A DNA stretch of 32,000 bases from Microcystis aeruginosa NIES-843 (GCF_000010625.1 NC_010296.1:5280001-5312000); one strand, 5' to 3'; counted from the first letter of the stretch, positions 19,870 to 28,761 are shown. Numbers and translations are program-made. The notes: generated from the letters alone by a model not told the origin.

Positions 19870-20796
19870 GTGGCTGTTTTAAAAGATAATCGGGCTACCG
19901 TCCAAAAAGTTCTCTGGATCACCCTACTGCTGAACATTTTGGTTATGGCGATCAAAGCGGGGGTGGGTTTGAGGATTGGTGCTTTAAGTCTGCAAGCGGA
20001 TGCTCTCCATAGTGTCACCGATAGTGCCAATAATGTCTTGGGATTAGTAGCGATGCGGTTTTCCTCTCCCTATCCAGATCGAGATCATCCCTACGGACAT
20101 CTGAAATACGAAGCGATCGGAGCTTTAGCGATCGCCGCATTTTTGGGGATTGCCTGTTTTGAAATCTTGCAAGGGGCGGTCATGAGTATTATCAAAGGAG
20201 GCAAACCCGTCGAGATTGCAGGTCCTGAGTTATGGCTATTAATTATCGTTTTAGGGGTGAATATTTTTGTCACCTATTATGAAAGATCGGTGGGGCAGCG
20301 TGTCGGTAGTGCGATTTTGATTGCCGATGCTCGTCATACCATGAGTGATGTGTGGGTGACAATTACGGTTTTATTGGGTTTAGTCGGGGTTTGGGTGGGC
20401 AATACGGCTAATATTCCCCAATTACAATGGTTAGATGTGATTTTGTCCTTTCCCGTCGCTTTTTTGGTGTTTAGCAGTGGTTGGAAAGTCCTGATGGAGA
20501 ATTTACCTTTTTTAGTGGATGAAATGGCGATCGCTCCTGAGGTGATTCATCAAATTGTGATGGAGGTGCCGGGGGTGCTTAATTGTCATGCGATCGCGTC
20601 TCGGGGAGTGGTGGGAAGACAGGTATTTATAGAAATGCACCTAGTTGTCTCCGCTCAAGATGTGGAAACTGCTCACGCAATCACGGAAGCGGTAGAAGCA
20701 AGATTAACCCAACAATTTAGCCCTGTGAGAATTTTAATTCACGTTGAACCGCCGGATTATCGTTCCGATCAGATCACTTTTGATGAAGAAGTGTGA
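19870..20796 (+). CDS. Cation diffusion facilitator family transporter
   Basis: 308 aa with HSVTD and HTMSD (HxxxD) motifs in transmembrane helices. GTG start. Confidence 0.88.
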   Translation: MAVLKDNRATVQKVLWITLLLNILVMAIKAGVGLRIGALSLQADALHSVTDSANNVLGLVAMRFSSPYPDRDHPYGHLKYEAIGALAIAAFLGIACFEILQGAVMSIIKGGKPVEIAGPELWLLIIVLGVNIFVTYYERSVGQRVGSAILIADARHTMSDVWVTITVLLGLVGVWVGNTANIPQLQWLDVILSFPVAFLVFSSGWKVLMENLPFLVDEMAIAPEVIHQIVMEVPGVLNCHAIASRGVVGRQVFIEMHLVVSAQDVETAHAITEAVEARLTQQFSPVRILIHVEPPDYRSDQITFDEEV

Positions 20797-20842
20797 AGCA
20801 AAAAGGCCTAAAATAAGTAGCAAACTTTTGCTAGAGGTGGCC

Positions 20843-21919
20843 ATGACGACGGAGAATCAAGCTAGAAGCATAGTAATTACTGGTGGAGCAGGATTTATCG
20901 GCTCGAATTTTGTTCATCATTGGTGCGAGAATTATCCTGAGGATCGTGTCATTGTTCTTGATGCTCTTACCTACGCGGGCAATTTGAATAATTTAGCGAC
21001 ACTGAAAGATAGAAAGAATTTCCGTTTTCTGCAAGGGGATATCTGCGATCGAGCTTTAGTTGATGAATTATTTGCCGGTGAAAATATCGATACAGTTGCC
21101 CATTTTGCCGCCGAATCCCATGTGGATCGATCGATTCTTGGACCTGGGGCTTTTGTGCAAACTAATGTGGTGGGAACTTTTACTCTATTAGAAAGTTTTC
21201 GGCAACATTGGTTAAGTAATCATCAACCCGATAACTATCGTTTTCTGCACGTTTCCACCGATGAGGTTTATGGCAGTTTAGGAGTAGATGATCCGGCTTT
21301 TACCGAAACTACTCCCTATGCTCCTAATAGTCCCTATTCTGCCTCAAAAGCGGGGAGTGATCATCTAGCGAGAGCTTATTTTCATACCTACGGAATGCCG
21401 ACAATTATTACTAATTGCTCTAATAATTATGGTTCCTACCATTTCCCAGAAAAGTTAATTCCTTTGATGTGTATTAATATTCTTTTGGGTAAACCTTTAC
21501 CTGTTTATGGTGATGGTCAAAATGTTCGAGATTGGTTATATGTGCGGGATCATTGTCAAGCTTTAGATACAGTTATTCACAAGGGAAAAGCGGGAGAAAC
21601 CTATAATATTGGCGGAAATAATGAGGTAAAAAATATCGATTTAGTCAGGATGTTATGTGATTTAATGGATGAATTAGCACCCGATTTACCCGTGAAACCC
21701 GCTCAGAATTTAATTACTTTTGTCAGGGACCGGCCAGGACACGATCGCCGGTATGCTATTGATGCCAGTAAAATTCGCACTGAATTAGGTTGGCAACCTC
21801 AAGAAACGGTAGAGGGGGGATTAAGAAAAACCATTCAATGGTATCTCGATCATCGGGATTGGTGGCAACCTTTGTTATCCAAAGAATATCAAGAGTATTA
21901 TGGGAAAGTTTACGGTTAG
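20843..21919 (+). CDS. rfbB: dTDP-glucose 4,6-dehydratase
   Basis: I place the start at ATG 20843 ([23 protein letters not shown]). Contains the YSASK catalytic motif. Confidence 0.92.
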   Translation: MTTENQARSIVITGGAGFIGSNFVHHWCENYPEDRVIVLDALTYAGNLNNLATLKDRKNFRFLQGDICDRALVDELFAGENIDTVAHFAAESHVDRSILGPGAFVQTNVVGTFTLLESFRQHWLSNHQPDNYRFLHVSTDEVYGSLGVDDPAFTETTPYAPNSPYSASKAGSDHLARAYFHTYGMPTIITNCSNNYGSYHFPEKLIPLMCINILLGKPLPVYGDGQNVRDWLYVRDHCQALDTVIHKGKAGETYNIGGNNEVKNIDLVRMLCDLMDELAPDLPVKPAQNLITFVRDRPGHDRRYAIDASKIRTELGWQPQETVEGGLRKTIQWYLDHRDWWQPLLSKEYQEYYGKVYG

Positions 21920-21950
21920 ATAAGGGTAAAAACTTTAATCTTAATTTTGG

Positions 21951-21974
21951 GTGTGTTAGCGAAAACTAACACAC
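21951..21974 (+). terminator. Perfect 9-bp hairpin after rfbB
   Basis: gtgtgttag-cgaaaa-ctaacacac, about 30 nt after the rfbB stop. There is no strong T-tract, so terminator function is uncertain. Confidence 0.3.
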
Positions 21975-21981
21975 TTAAACC

Positions 21982-21998
21982 TTGTACCTCACCATTAA
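21982..21998 (+). promoter_or_regulatory. 17-nt motif TTGTACCTCACCATTAA upstream of rpsP
   Basis: Exact inverted copy of 12740-12756. It lies about 115 nt upstream of the rpsP ATG, in sense orientation. Confidence 0.3.
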
Positions 21999-22113
21999 GA
22001 TATTGGCGTTATTTTCGATAATAGCCAATGGCTGCCTCCCGTTCCCTCGATCGCCACTTGTGGAAATACCGCCTGGATGAGTTAGAATCGGAAAGGAGAA
22101 TTTTTGAGTAACC

Positions 22114-22362
22114 ATGATCAAATTACGTCTAAAACGCTTTGGTAAAAAACGCGAAGCCAGTTATCGTATCGTTGCGGCCGTTAGCACCAGTCGTCGCGAT
22201 GGTCGTCCCCTAGAGGAGTTAGGATTTTACAATCCCCGCACCGATGAAGTGCGTCTCGATGAAGAAGGGATTATCCGACGCTTACAACAAGGAGCGCAAC
22301 CAACGGACACCGTACGCAGCATTCTCACCAAACAGAAAATTTTCGAGAAAATCAATGCCTAG
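22114..22362 (+). CDS. rpsP: 30S ribosomal protein S16
   Basis: 82 aa, [20 protein letters not shown]... Confidence 0.96.
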   Translation: MIKLRLKRFGKKREASYRIVAAVSTSRRDGRPLEELGFYNPRTDEVRLDEEGIIRRLQQGAQPTDTVRSILTKQKIFEKINA

Positions 22363-22720
22363 TACCCCCAATTATCTCGAACTGGTGAAATTTATGATCG
22401 AGCCGTTTTTGGAAGAGCCGGCCAGTCTGAGATTGGATATCGAGCGCTGTAAGGAAAATGAACGTCTTTGGGTGCGTGTAGCCTTCGATGATGCCGATAA
22501 AGGCAAAGTTTACGGCCGGGGAGGACGCAATTTACAGGCGATTAGAACTACCCTAGAAATGGCGGCTGCGAGTGTGGGTCGCTCTCTTTATCTAGAAGTC
22601 TATGCGGCCGAAAATGAAGCTGAACAGCGCCGCACCCGTCGTTCTCATGGTAACTTTGAAGGTACGGAAAGAAGACCGAGCAATCGCCGACCACCTGCAC
22701 CCCGGCAGCTCAACAACTAA
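22355..22720 (+). CDS. KH-domain RNA-binding protein (YlqC/UPF0109-like)
   Basis: ATG 22355 overlaps the rpsP stop. Contains a GxxG loop, [13 protein letters not shown], and a basic C-terminal tail. Confidence 0.85.
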   Translation: MPSTPNYLELVKFMIEPFLEEPASLRLDIERCKENERLWVRVAFDDADKGKVYGRGGRNLQAIRTTLEMAAASVGRSLYLEVYAAENEAEQRRTRRSHGNFEGTERRPSNRRPPAPRQLNN

Positions 22721-22729
22721 CGAGCGATT

Positions 22730-23758
22730 TTAGGAAAACAGGGAAGGGGTTTCATCCTCGACCCTCTCCAGTTGCTCTAATTGCTGCCAAACTTTGGCGA
22801 GTAAAGTGGTTAATCCGGCTCCTGTCACGGCGGAAATAGTCAAAATCTCGGCATTGGTTATTTTAGCAAACTGCTTTTGATAGTTATCTATCGTTTCCTC
22901 GTCCACAGCATCAATTTTGTTGAAAACCAGTATTTGCGATCGCTTTTCTAATCCCCGACCATAGGCGGCTAATTCCCCTTGAATAATTTGATAATCGGCG
23001 ATCGGGTCTTCTGATGTCAAGGAGACAAGATGAATTAACAGGCGTGTGCGTTCGATATGGCGCAAAAATTCGTGTCCTAAGCCGATTCCTAGGTGCGCTC
23101 CCTCGATTAATCCAGGAATATCGGCGAATACCGTCCCATCTCCCGTGGGTTTGCGTACCACTCCCAAGTTAGGAATGAGAGTCGTAAAGGGATAATCGGC
23201 GATTTTGGGACGAGCAGAGGAAACGGCCGAGATTAGGGTGGATTTTCCCGCATTGGGCAGTCCGATAATGCCCACTTCCGCTAATAACTTCAATTCTAGG
23301 CGTAAATGGCGTTTTTCTCCCTCTAAACCGGGTAAAGCGTATTCGGGTGCGCGATTATTATTACTTAAAAAGTGGCGGTTGCCTAATCCCCCTTTTCCCC
23401 CGGCAGCCACGATTAAAGTCTGTTCGGGAGTGACCAAATCGCCGATAATTTCCTCGCTATCGAGATCGTAAACCACGGTACCACAGGGAACTTTAATAAT
23501 GCGATCGCTACCGTTGGCTCCGGTGCAGTTGTTGGGGCCGCCCCGTTTACCGTCATCGGCCTTAAAATAGCGACTATACTGGAAATCTAGCAGGGTTTGC
23601 AGGTTCTGAGTCGCCACGAAAATCACCGAACCACCTTTTCCCCCATTACCTCCGGCCGGACCGCCGGCGGGGACGTATTTTTCCCGACGGAAAGCGACAA
23701 TTCCATCACCTCCCTTACCCCCTTCTACTTCTATTTCGGCGCGATCAATAAACTGCAT
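22730..23758 (-). CDS. obg: GTPase Obg/CgtA
   Basis: 342 aa with a Gly-rich Obg fold at the N-terminus and G motifs GLPNAGKST and DIPGLIEGA. Confidence 0.96.
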   Translation of the reverse strand: MQFIDRAEIEVEGGKGGDGIVAFRREKYVPAGGPAGGNGGKGGSVIFVATQNLQTLLDFQYSRYFKADDGKRGGPNNCTGANGSDRIIKVPCGTVVYDLDSEEIIGDLVTPEQTLIVAAGGKGGLGNRHFLSNNNRAPEYALPGLEGEKRHLRLELKLLAEVGIIGLPNAGKSTLISAVSSARPKIADYPFTTLIPNLGVVRKPTGDGTVFADIPGLIEGAHLGIGLGHEFLRHIERTRLLIHLVSLTSEDPIADYQIIQGELAAYGRGLEKRSQILVFNKIDAVDEETIDNYQKQFAKITNAEILTISAVTGAGLTTLLAKVWQQLEQLERVEDETPSLFS

Positions 23759-23802
23759 AAGACTAAGTAGTTAAAGTGAAAAAATGCTCAAGATCAAAGC
23801 TG

Positions 23803-24481
23803 TTATAGGTTAACATCTTGCCAATTTAAAGCTGCTGCGAATCCCTGAAAATGTTTGACATTGGTAGTAGCGATGACTAGATAACGGCTCGGATATTGTT
23901 TTTTTAATAACTGCCAATGAGCAAGAATAATAATATCTACGTCAATATTGTAATTATCAGCCGTTTGTTGGCCAATCTTTCGAGTTTCTACCCAAATTTG
24001 TGACGATTCTAACATCACCTCGGTATCTAAATTTAAAAAATCAATGACATTGCGTAATTCATTAAGATTATCTAGGCTATTAAAGGAATTTTTCTTGACC
24101 GATTCTAATAATCGGCTTCTTCTGACTTCATAATCACAGCTATCGGAACTAACTACATAGGGTTTGCTGAATAAATCTAAAAACCTTGTTGGATAAGACT
24201 TTTAGACTTGTTTTCCCTCAAAAAGTGCCGACCTTTGGAGTGATTGGGGGGAAAATCCCTGGACTTTTTCCCTGAAAATTAGGTAATTGACCACCTGAAA
24301 ATCGGTAAAACCCCACGCCCCACACCCCACACCCCACACCCTGCCCCTAGGAAAAGCTTTTTCAGCAAACCCTACATAAGCACCCTTAGACAAAAGTGAA
24401 TAAGGCCAATCTTCCCAGTTTACCCGCTTTTTTAGGATGAGTTAATCAACCCAAAACCCCCGAATCGATAAAGACAATCAT
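23803..24481 (-). pseudogene. PIN-domain (VapC-like) toxin gene carrying three lesions
   Basis: ATG 24481 overlaps the upstream antitoxin stop as ATGA. The N-terminus reads MIVFIDSGVLG, then an in-frame TGA (24448..24446). The frame changes across the T6/A6 run at 24428-24433. A 213-bp MITE is inserted at 24160-24372. The remaining frame continues as ...YVVSSDSCDYEVRRS...LESSQIW...ATTNVKHF. Confidence 0.8.
24160..24372. mobile_element. 213-bp MITE, copy 1
   Basis: Terminal inverted repeats GGGTTTGCTGAATAAA / GGGTTTGCTGAAAAAG (reverse complement of the right end). Flanked by 6-bp direct repeats TACATA (24154-24159 and 24373-24378). Contains an internal (CCCCACA)n tract. Confidence 0.85.
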
Positions 24482-24726
24482 CCTTGGCTATAAAGCTTTG
24501 AACCCAAAGGACGATCATTATCAATCGCAGTCTGAAAATTGAGGAAAGACTGGGAAATTTCTTGGTCTTGCTCATCGGTTATTTGTGACCGTTTTTGTCG
24601 TCTTTGTTCTAAGATAGCCAAAGCCGAACGATTTCGTTTAATTTGCTCTTTTCGATCCCAATCTGGATAATTGACAAGTTTGGCTTTTAAGGTTCTTCCG
24701 AACTTACACTGTAGAAAAGTCCCCAA
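24478..24726 (-). CDS. Putative antitoxin partner of the PIN toxin
   Basis: 82 aa or shorter (the TTG start is uncertain). Its stop overlaps the toxin ATG. Small and charged, with a typical upstream-antitoxin position. Confidence 0.5.
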   Translation of the reverse strand: MGTFLQCKFGRTLKAKLVNYPDWDRKEQIKRNRSALAILEQRRQKRSQITDEQDQEISQSFLNFQTAIDNDRPLGSKLYSQG

Positions 24727-25378
24727 GCTCCCTCTCTGTCCAGCAATGTTCTAAAGTTGATAAATATCAATCTAACAAAAACTCAAAGCCTTATTGTACA
24801 AGCTTTACAAGCATAAGTTGTTGATAGTTTTGCATGACAGGTTCGGTAGAGCCGGTTTTAATTGATTCATCTCTTTAACTGGAAATTGTCTATCATCATC
24901 TTAGCCGATCCTTTGACCAAGAACAAGAGGTAACAGGGGGTGCATCTCATTTTTGTAAATCTACTGAGTTGGGATTTTTAAAGGGAAACTCTCTGCTAAA
25001 ATTGGGCATTACTTCCGATTTTATCACTCAATCAAAGCCTTAACCCCCCCGTCAGGGGAGGAGCTTCGTCCCCCGAACCTTTGACTAACTAATAGAGTTC
25101 AACCTCTTAATTTTATTTTAACAGACAACAATTATAAAATTTTATTTTGATAATAAATCGGGTCAATTTTTCTTTTCAGCGATCGCCCTATAGCTGACCG
25201 CATAATTCTTTTGTACTAAACTTTGAGGTTTGCAATAGGGGGTAAATACAGAAACGAAAATTCTCTCTAAATCTCCTCAAATTTCCAGAAACCTTCTGAC
25301 TCCCTCTAGCTAGATGGTTAAAATAAGTAGCTTTTAAGGGAGATAGATTTTGAGAGGGTTATCAGCTACAATCAAGAC

Positions 25379-25565
25379 ATGAAGCTAGTTGAACGCCATA
25401 TCATACTAAATCCCATCCTTGCTGGTCAGAAATTGACCGAGCTGCTTTTTTGTCAAAAAATCTGTTCAATCTAGCTAATTACCACTATCGCCAATATTTC
25501 TTTGTTGAACACAAGAAATTAAATTTTAATCAACTCTATCACCAAGTAGCTCAAAGTTCTGATTT
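25379..25565 (+). pseudogene. tnpB: 5' remnant of an IS200/IS605-family tnpB (OrfB) gene
   Basis: MKLVERHII... then, after a frameshift near the T-run at about 25443-25450, ...SKNLFNLANYHYRQYFF..KLNFNQLY. From memory this matches TnpB N-termini. It is truncated at about 25565, where the island repeat cassette begins. Confidence 0.6.
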
Positions 25566-25634
25566 ACTATTTTATCGGATTGCCGCGCTTGCCGAAGGCA
25601 CTGGGGAGCAGACTGCTGATTCAATTGGGTAAGG
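25564..25634 (-). repeat. Island cassette, copy A (orphan, no downstream P gene)
   Basis: Near-identical to 27968-28050 and 29461-29543, but it lacks the gene-proximal about 12 nt. Confidence 0.85.
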
Positions 25635-25659
25635 CAAACCCTAATTAGTGAGAGGAGAA

Positions 25660-25759
25660 TCACCACCACAACCGACTCACTTCCCTAATACCTTGATACA
25701 CTTCTCTTAAGGCGACCAGTCCCCCAAAATGAAGGATTAAAGGCAGGTTAGAAATAGTT
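25660..25759 (-). pseudogene. 3' fragment of small gene X (homologue of 28076..28264)
   Basis: Encodes ...LILHFGGLVALREVYQGIREVSRLWW*. It has no start codon, and the homology ends at the hicA 3' end. Confidence 0.45.
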
Positions 25760-25972
25760 TTAGAGTAATTTTAAGAATTCTTCGATAGTTAAACCCGCTT
25801 CTTTAACAATCCCTGCCATTGTATAAGCATTAACCGGATTTGCTCGTGGAATGGCGATAGTCTGTTCTCCATTTGTCATAGTAATATGTTTTCTCTGTCT
25901 AGTGATGCGGAATCCCGCTTTTTCAAAGGCATTAACAGTGCGTAGATGATTAATTCTGGGTAATTTTGGCCT
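25760..25972 (-). pseudogene. hicA: HicA-family toxin, copy 1, separated from hicB by a MITE
   Basis: Encodes RPKLPRINHLRTVNAFEKAGFRITRQRKHITMTNGEQTIAIPRANPVNAYTMAGIVKEAGLTIEEFLKLL*. It has no start codon. The MITE inserted 5 nt upstream of the first conserved codon. Confidence 0.7.
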
Positions 25973-25977
25973 ACTTA

Positions 25978-26190
25978 GGGGCTGCTGAAAAAGTTTTTCG
26001 TGGGGGCAGGGTGTGGGGTGTGGGGTGTGGGGTGTGGGGTTTTACCCATTTTCAGGTGGTCAATTACCTAATTTTCAGGGAAAAAATCCCTAAATTTTCC
26101 CCCCAATCACTCCAATGGTAGGCACTTTTTCAGGGAAAAAAAGTCTAAAAGCCTTATCCAACAAGGTTTTTAGATTTATTCAGCAAACCC
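25978..26190. mobile_element. 213-bp MITE, copy 2 (inverted relative to copy 1)
   Basis: Flanked by TACTTA direct repeats (25972-25977 and 26191-26196). The uninterrupted paralogous junction at 29881-29886 has a single TACTTA, so it serves as an empty site. Confidence 0.9.
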
Positions 26191-26193
26191 TAC

Positions 26194-26388
26194 TTATCCT
26201 ACTTCTACATAACGCACTTCCGCATCTTTGTTTAATTCTTCAATTGTCTCTAAATAGTCTTGTATCGCTTCTTTGATATTTTCTATAGCTTCTGCTTCAG
26301 TGTCTCCCTGTGACCAACATCCGGGTAAACTGGGACACCAAATTGCATAACCTTCTTCGCTTTGTTTGAGTCGAACTTGATAGCGCAT
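26194..26388 (-). CDS. hicB: HicB-family antitoxin (UPF0150-like), copy 1
   Basis: 64 aa, MRYQVRLKQSEEGYAIWCPSLPGCWSQGDTEAEAIENIKEAI... Confidence 0.85.
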   Translation of the reverse strand: MRYQVRLKQSEEGYAIWCPSLPGCWSQGDTEAEAIENIKEAIQDYLETIEELNKDAEVRYVEVG

Positions 26389-26495
26389 AAATAGTGGCTG
26401 TTAGTTTGTAACTTTTATACTAAGGTCTAATTGATTAAAGATAAAGTATTGATAATTGTCCATTATCCCTGAGAAAAGCGTTCGCCTTTGAGGTT

Positions 26496-27188
26496 TTAAT
26501 AGATTTGAGGTTGAAAATTATCGGGAATATCTAATTCAAATACTTGGTCATGAATCCGAGCCACATAAAACCCTTCTTGGAGAATTTTTTCCCGTAATCC
26601 TGGTGATAAATCAACCGCCGCTAATATGCCATAGAGTTTTTTATCTTTGTGTTCAGAGAAAAAGCTACGAAACCGTTGTAAAATACTTTTTAATTGTGTA
26701 ATAGATTCCTCTTTGGCATGACTTTTAACCTCAACGATATAGGCGGTATTTAGCTCACCATTGGTATAGGCAAGGACATCAATTTCTAGGTGTTGTCCAT
26801 TTTTACTGACTCGCACACTGGGACTAACAACTTCCATACCAAAGCGTTGCCTGAGAATCGTTTCCATTGAGGGAAGGGCAAGTCCTTCGGTAAAGCTGCC
26901 GAATTTTGCCCCGAGTCCCCCAATTTGCTGTCCTAATTCTTTGAGTTGTTTGTCAGTTTTCTTCTGTTGTTGGGCGTTTTCCTTCTGTTGTTGACTAACT
27001 TCCTTCAATAGTAGGTCAGTCTCCTTCAGTTGTTTGTCAGTTTCCTTGAGTTGTTGAGCGTTTTCTTTCTGTTGTTGACTGACTTCCTTGAGTTGTTTGT
27101 CAGTTTCTTTTTGAGCAGCAGTTAATTCGGCTTGAGCAGTTGCTAATTCGGCTAGGATTCGCCATACGTCTTCTGATGTAGTCGTCAT
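26496..27188 (-). CDS. Coiled-coil + PD-(D/E)XK-like protein, paralogue P1 (DUF3782-like N-terminus, from memory)
   Basis: 230 aa. Residues about 24-85 form a Q/K/E-rich heptad repeat. The C-terminal domain has LEID137VL...IVE153VK155SH. Confidence 0.85.
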   Translation of the reverse strand: MTTTSEDVWRILAELATAQAELTAAQKETDKQLKEVSQQQKENAQQLKETDKQLKETDLLLKEVSQQQKENAQQQKKTDKQLKELGQQIGGLGAKFGSFTEGLALPSMETILRQRFGMEVVSPSVRVSKNGQHLEIDVLAYTNGELNTAYIVEVKSHAKEESITQLKSILQRFRSFFSEHKDKKLYGILAAVDLSPGLREKILQEGFYVARIHDQVFELDIPDNFQPQIY

Positions 27189-27301
27189 AGATGATTTTTT
27201 CTCTCTGATTTGGTCTATTACTATTTTACTGAATTTTGCCGATTCATGAATAAGAGAGTGTTTTTTCCTTTGGGGAAGATAGAGCGATAGCCTTTGATGT
27301 T

Positions 27302-27952
27302 TTAATAGGTTTGAGGTTGAAAATTATCGGGAATATCTAATTCAAATACTTGGTCATGAATCCGAGCCACATAAAACCCTTCTTGGAGAATTTTTTCCCG
27401 TAATCCTGGTGATAAATCAACCGCCGCTAATATGCCATAGAGTTTTTTATCTTTGTGTTCAGAGAAAAAGCTACGAAACCGTTGTAAAATACTTTTTAAT
27501 TGTGTAATAGATTCCTCTTTGGCATGACTTTTAACCTCAACGATATAGGCGGTATTTAGCTCACCATTGGTATAGGCAAGGACATCAATTTCTAGGTGTT
27601 GTCCATTTTTACTGACTCGCACACTGGGACTAACAACTTCCATACCAAAGCGTTGTCTGAGAATCGTTTCCATTGAGGGGAGAGCAAGTCCTTCGGTAAA
27701 GCTGCCGAATTTGGCTCCGAGTCCCCCAATTTGTTTGCCCAGTTCTTTGAGTTGTTTGTCAGTTTTCTGCTGTTGTCGGTCAGTTTCCTTGATTTGTTGG
27801 GCGTTTTCCTTCTGTTGTTGACTGACTTCCTTCAATAGTAGGTCAGTTTCCTTGAGTTGTTTGTCAGTTTCTTTTTGAGCAGCAGTCAATTCGGCTTGAG
27901 CAGTCGCTAATTCGGCTAAGATTCGCCATACGTCTTCTGATGTAGTTGCCAT
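27302..27952 (-). CDS. Coiled-coil + PD-(D/E)XK-like protein, paralogue P2
   Basis: 216 aa. From GGLGAKFG onward the C-terminal domain matches P1 in protein sequence except at the penultimate residue (T in P2, I in P1). Confidence 0.85.
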   Translation of the reverse strand: MATTSEDVWRILAELATAQAELTAAQKETDKQLKETDLLLKEVSQQQKENAQQIKETDRQQQKTDKQLKELGKQIGGLGAKFGSFTEGLALPSMETILRQRFGMEVVSPSVRVSKNGQHLEIDVLAYTNGELNTAYIVEVKSHAKEESITQLKSILQRFRSFFSEHKDKKLYGILAAVDLSPGLREKILQEGFYVARIHDQVFELDIPDNFQPQTY

Positions 27953-27967
27953 AGATGATTTTTTCCC

Positions 27968-28050
27968 GATGTCACCTATTCACTATTTTATTGGATTTCT
28001 GCGCTTGCCGAAGGCACTGGGGAGCAGACTGCTGATTCAATTGGGTAAGG
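27968..28050 (-). repeat. Island cassette, copy B (upstream of P2), promoter-like
   Basis: 83 bp. On the minus strand it contains CCAATAAAATAGTGAATAGGTGACATC with a TAAAAT -10-like hexamer about 30 nt before the P2 ATG. Confidence 0.8.
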
Positions 28051-28075
28051 TGGAGGCTAATTCATAGAACAAGAA

Positions 28076-28264
28076 TCACCGCCACCAGCGACTAACATCC
28101 CTAATCCCTTGATACACTTCTCTTAAGGCGACCAGTCCACCAAAATGAAGGATTAAAGGGACTAAGTTGGGAATAGTTTCGAGGGAAGAAGGACGAGTGA
28201 GACTCCCCAAAGCTTGAAGGGTATTTTCCCAGAAGGATAGGTCAACATGGTTAGGCGTTAACAC
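28076..28264 (-). CDS. Small hypothetical protein (gene X), the only full-length copy
   Basis: 62 aa with a GTG start. Its C-terminal roughly 27 aa are conserved at protein level in two truncated copies. I recognise no family. Confidence 0.4.
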   Translation of the reverse strand: MLTPNHVDLSFWENTLQALGSLTRPSSLETIPNLVPLILHFGGLVALREVYQGIRDVSRWWR

Positions 28265-28310
28265 CTGAGTTATAATTGGAACGAAAATTAACTAAGGCAG
28301 TTGTTCTCAA

Positions 28311-28511
28311 ATGAAATTAAAGGAAAGGTATATCACCGATGAGCAGGGTAATCGAATAGGTGTTCTTTTAGATATAGAAGAATATCAGAAACTGCTGGAA
28401 GAATCGGAGGAGTTAGATGCCATTAGAGCCTATGATTTAGCTGTCTCAGGTGAGGATGATGAAATTCCTTTTGAAGCAGCGATCACTGAAATTGAAAATA
28501 GCCAGCAATGA
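28311..28511 (+). CDS. Phd/YefM/RelB-like antitoxin
   Basis: 66 aa, MKLKERYITDEQGNRIGVLLDIEEYQKLLE..., with an acidic C-terminus. Its stop overlaps the toxin ATG as ATGA. Confidence 0.65.
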   Translation: MKLKERYITDEQGNRIGVLLDIEEYQKLLEESEELDAIRAYDLAVSGEDDEIPFEAAITEIENSQQ

Positions 28512-28761
28512 GTTACAATATTACTATTAAAAAACGTGCTTCTAAGGCTTTAGCAAATCTCCCAAAAGATGATTATCAAAAATTCGAGATGGCATTAGAG
28601 AATTAGCCGAAAATCCAAGACCATCAGGATGTCTAAAACTGACAGTAAGAGAAGGTTGGCGGGTTCGGATTGGAGTTTATCGAATTATTTATGGTATCGA
28701 TGATTCAGAAAAGAAGGTGATTGTTCTTGATATTGGGCATCGAAAGGATATTTACCGCTAA
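28508..28761 (+). pseudogene. RelE/ParE-family toxin with a frameshift in an A-run
   Basis: Reads MSYNITIKKRASKALANLPKDDYQK, then a premature TAG at 28614-28616. Adding one A to the A5 run at 28578-28582 restores ...IRDGIRELAENPRPSGCLKLTVREGWRVRIGVYRIIYGIDDSEKKVIVLDIGHRKDIYR*. Confidence 0.8.

Noticed and set aside
19755-20030. 91-aa minus-strand ORF overlapping the CDF gene start
   Set aside because: Part of it is a translation of the heptamer array ([13 protein letters not shown]) and the rest is antisense to the well-supported CDF gene.
24202-24393. 63-aa ORF MSKGAYVGFAEKAF...
   Set aside because: It starts in the vapC-like codons (SKGAYV) and then runs into the MITE, so it is an insertion artefact rather than a gene.
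25450-25632. 60-aa ORF treated as an independent gene
   Set aside because: It is a chimera: the first about 38 codons are frameshifted tnpB sequence and the rest is the island cassette.
27968-28050. Whether the island cassettes are integron attC sites (a gene-cassette array)
   Set aside because: The window contains no integrase and no attI. I could not find the paired RYYYAAC/GTTRRRY core sites or the extended imperfect palindrome expected of attC.
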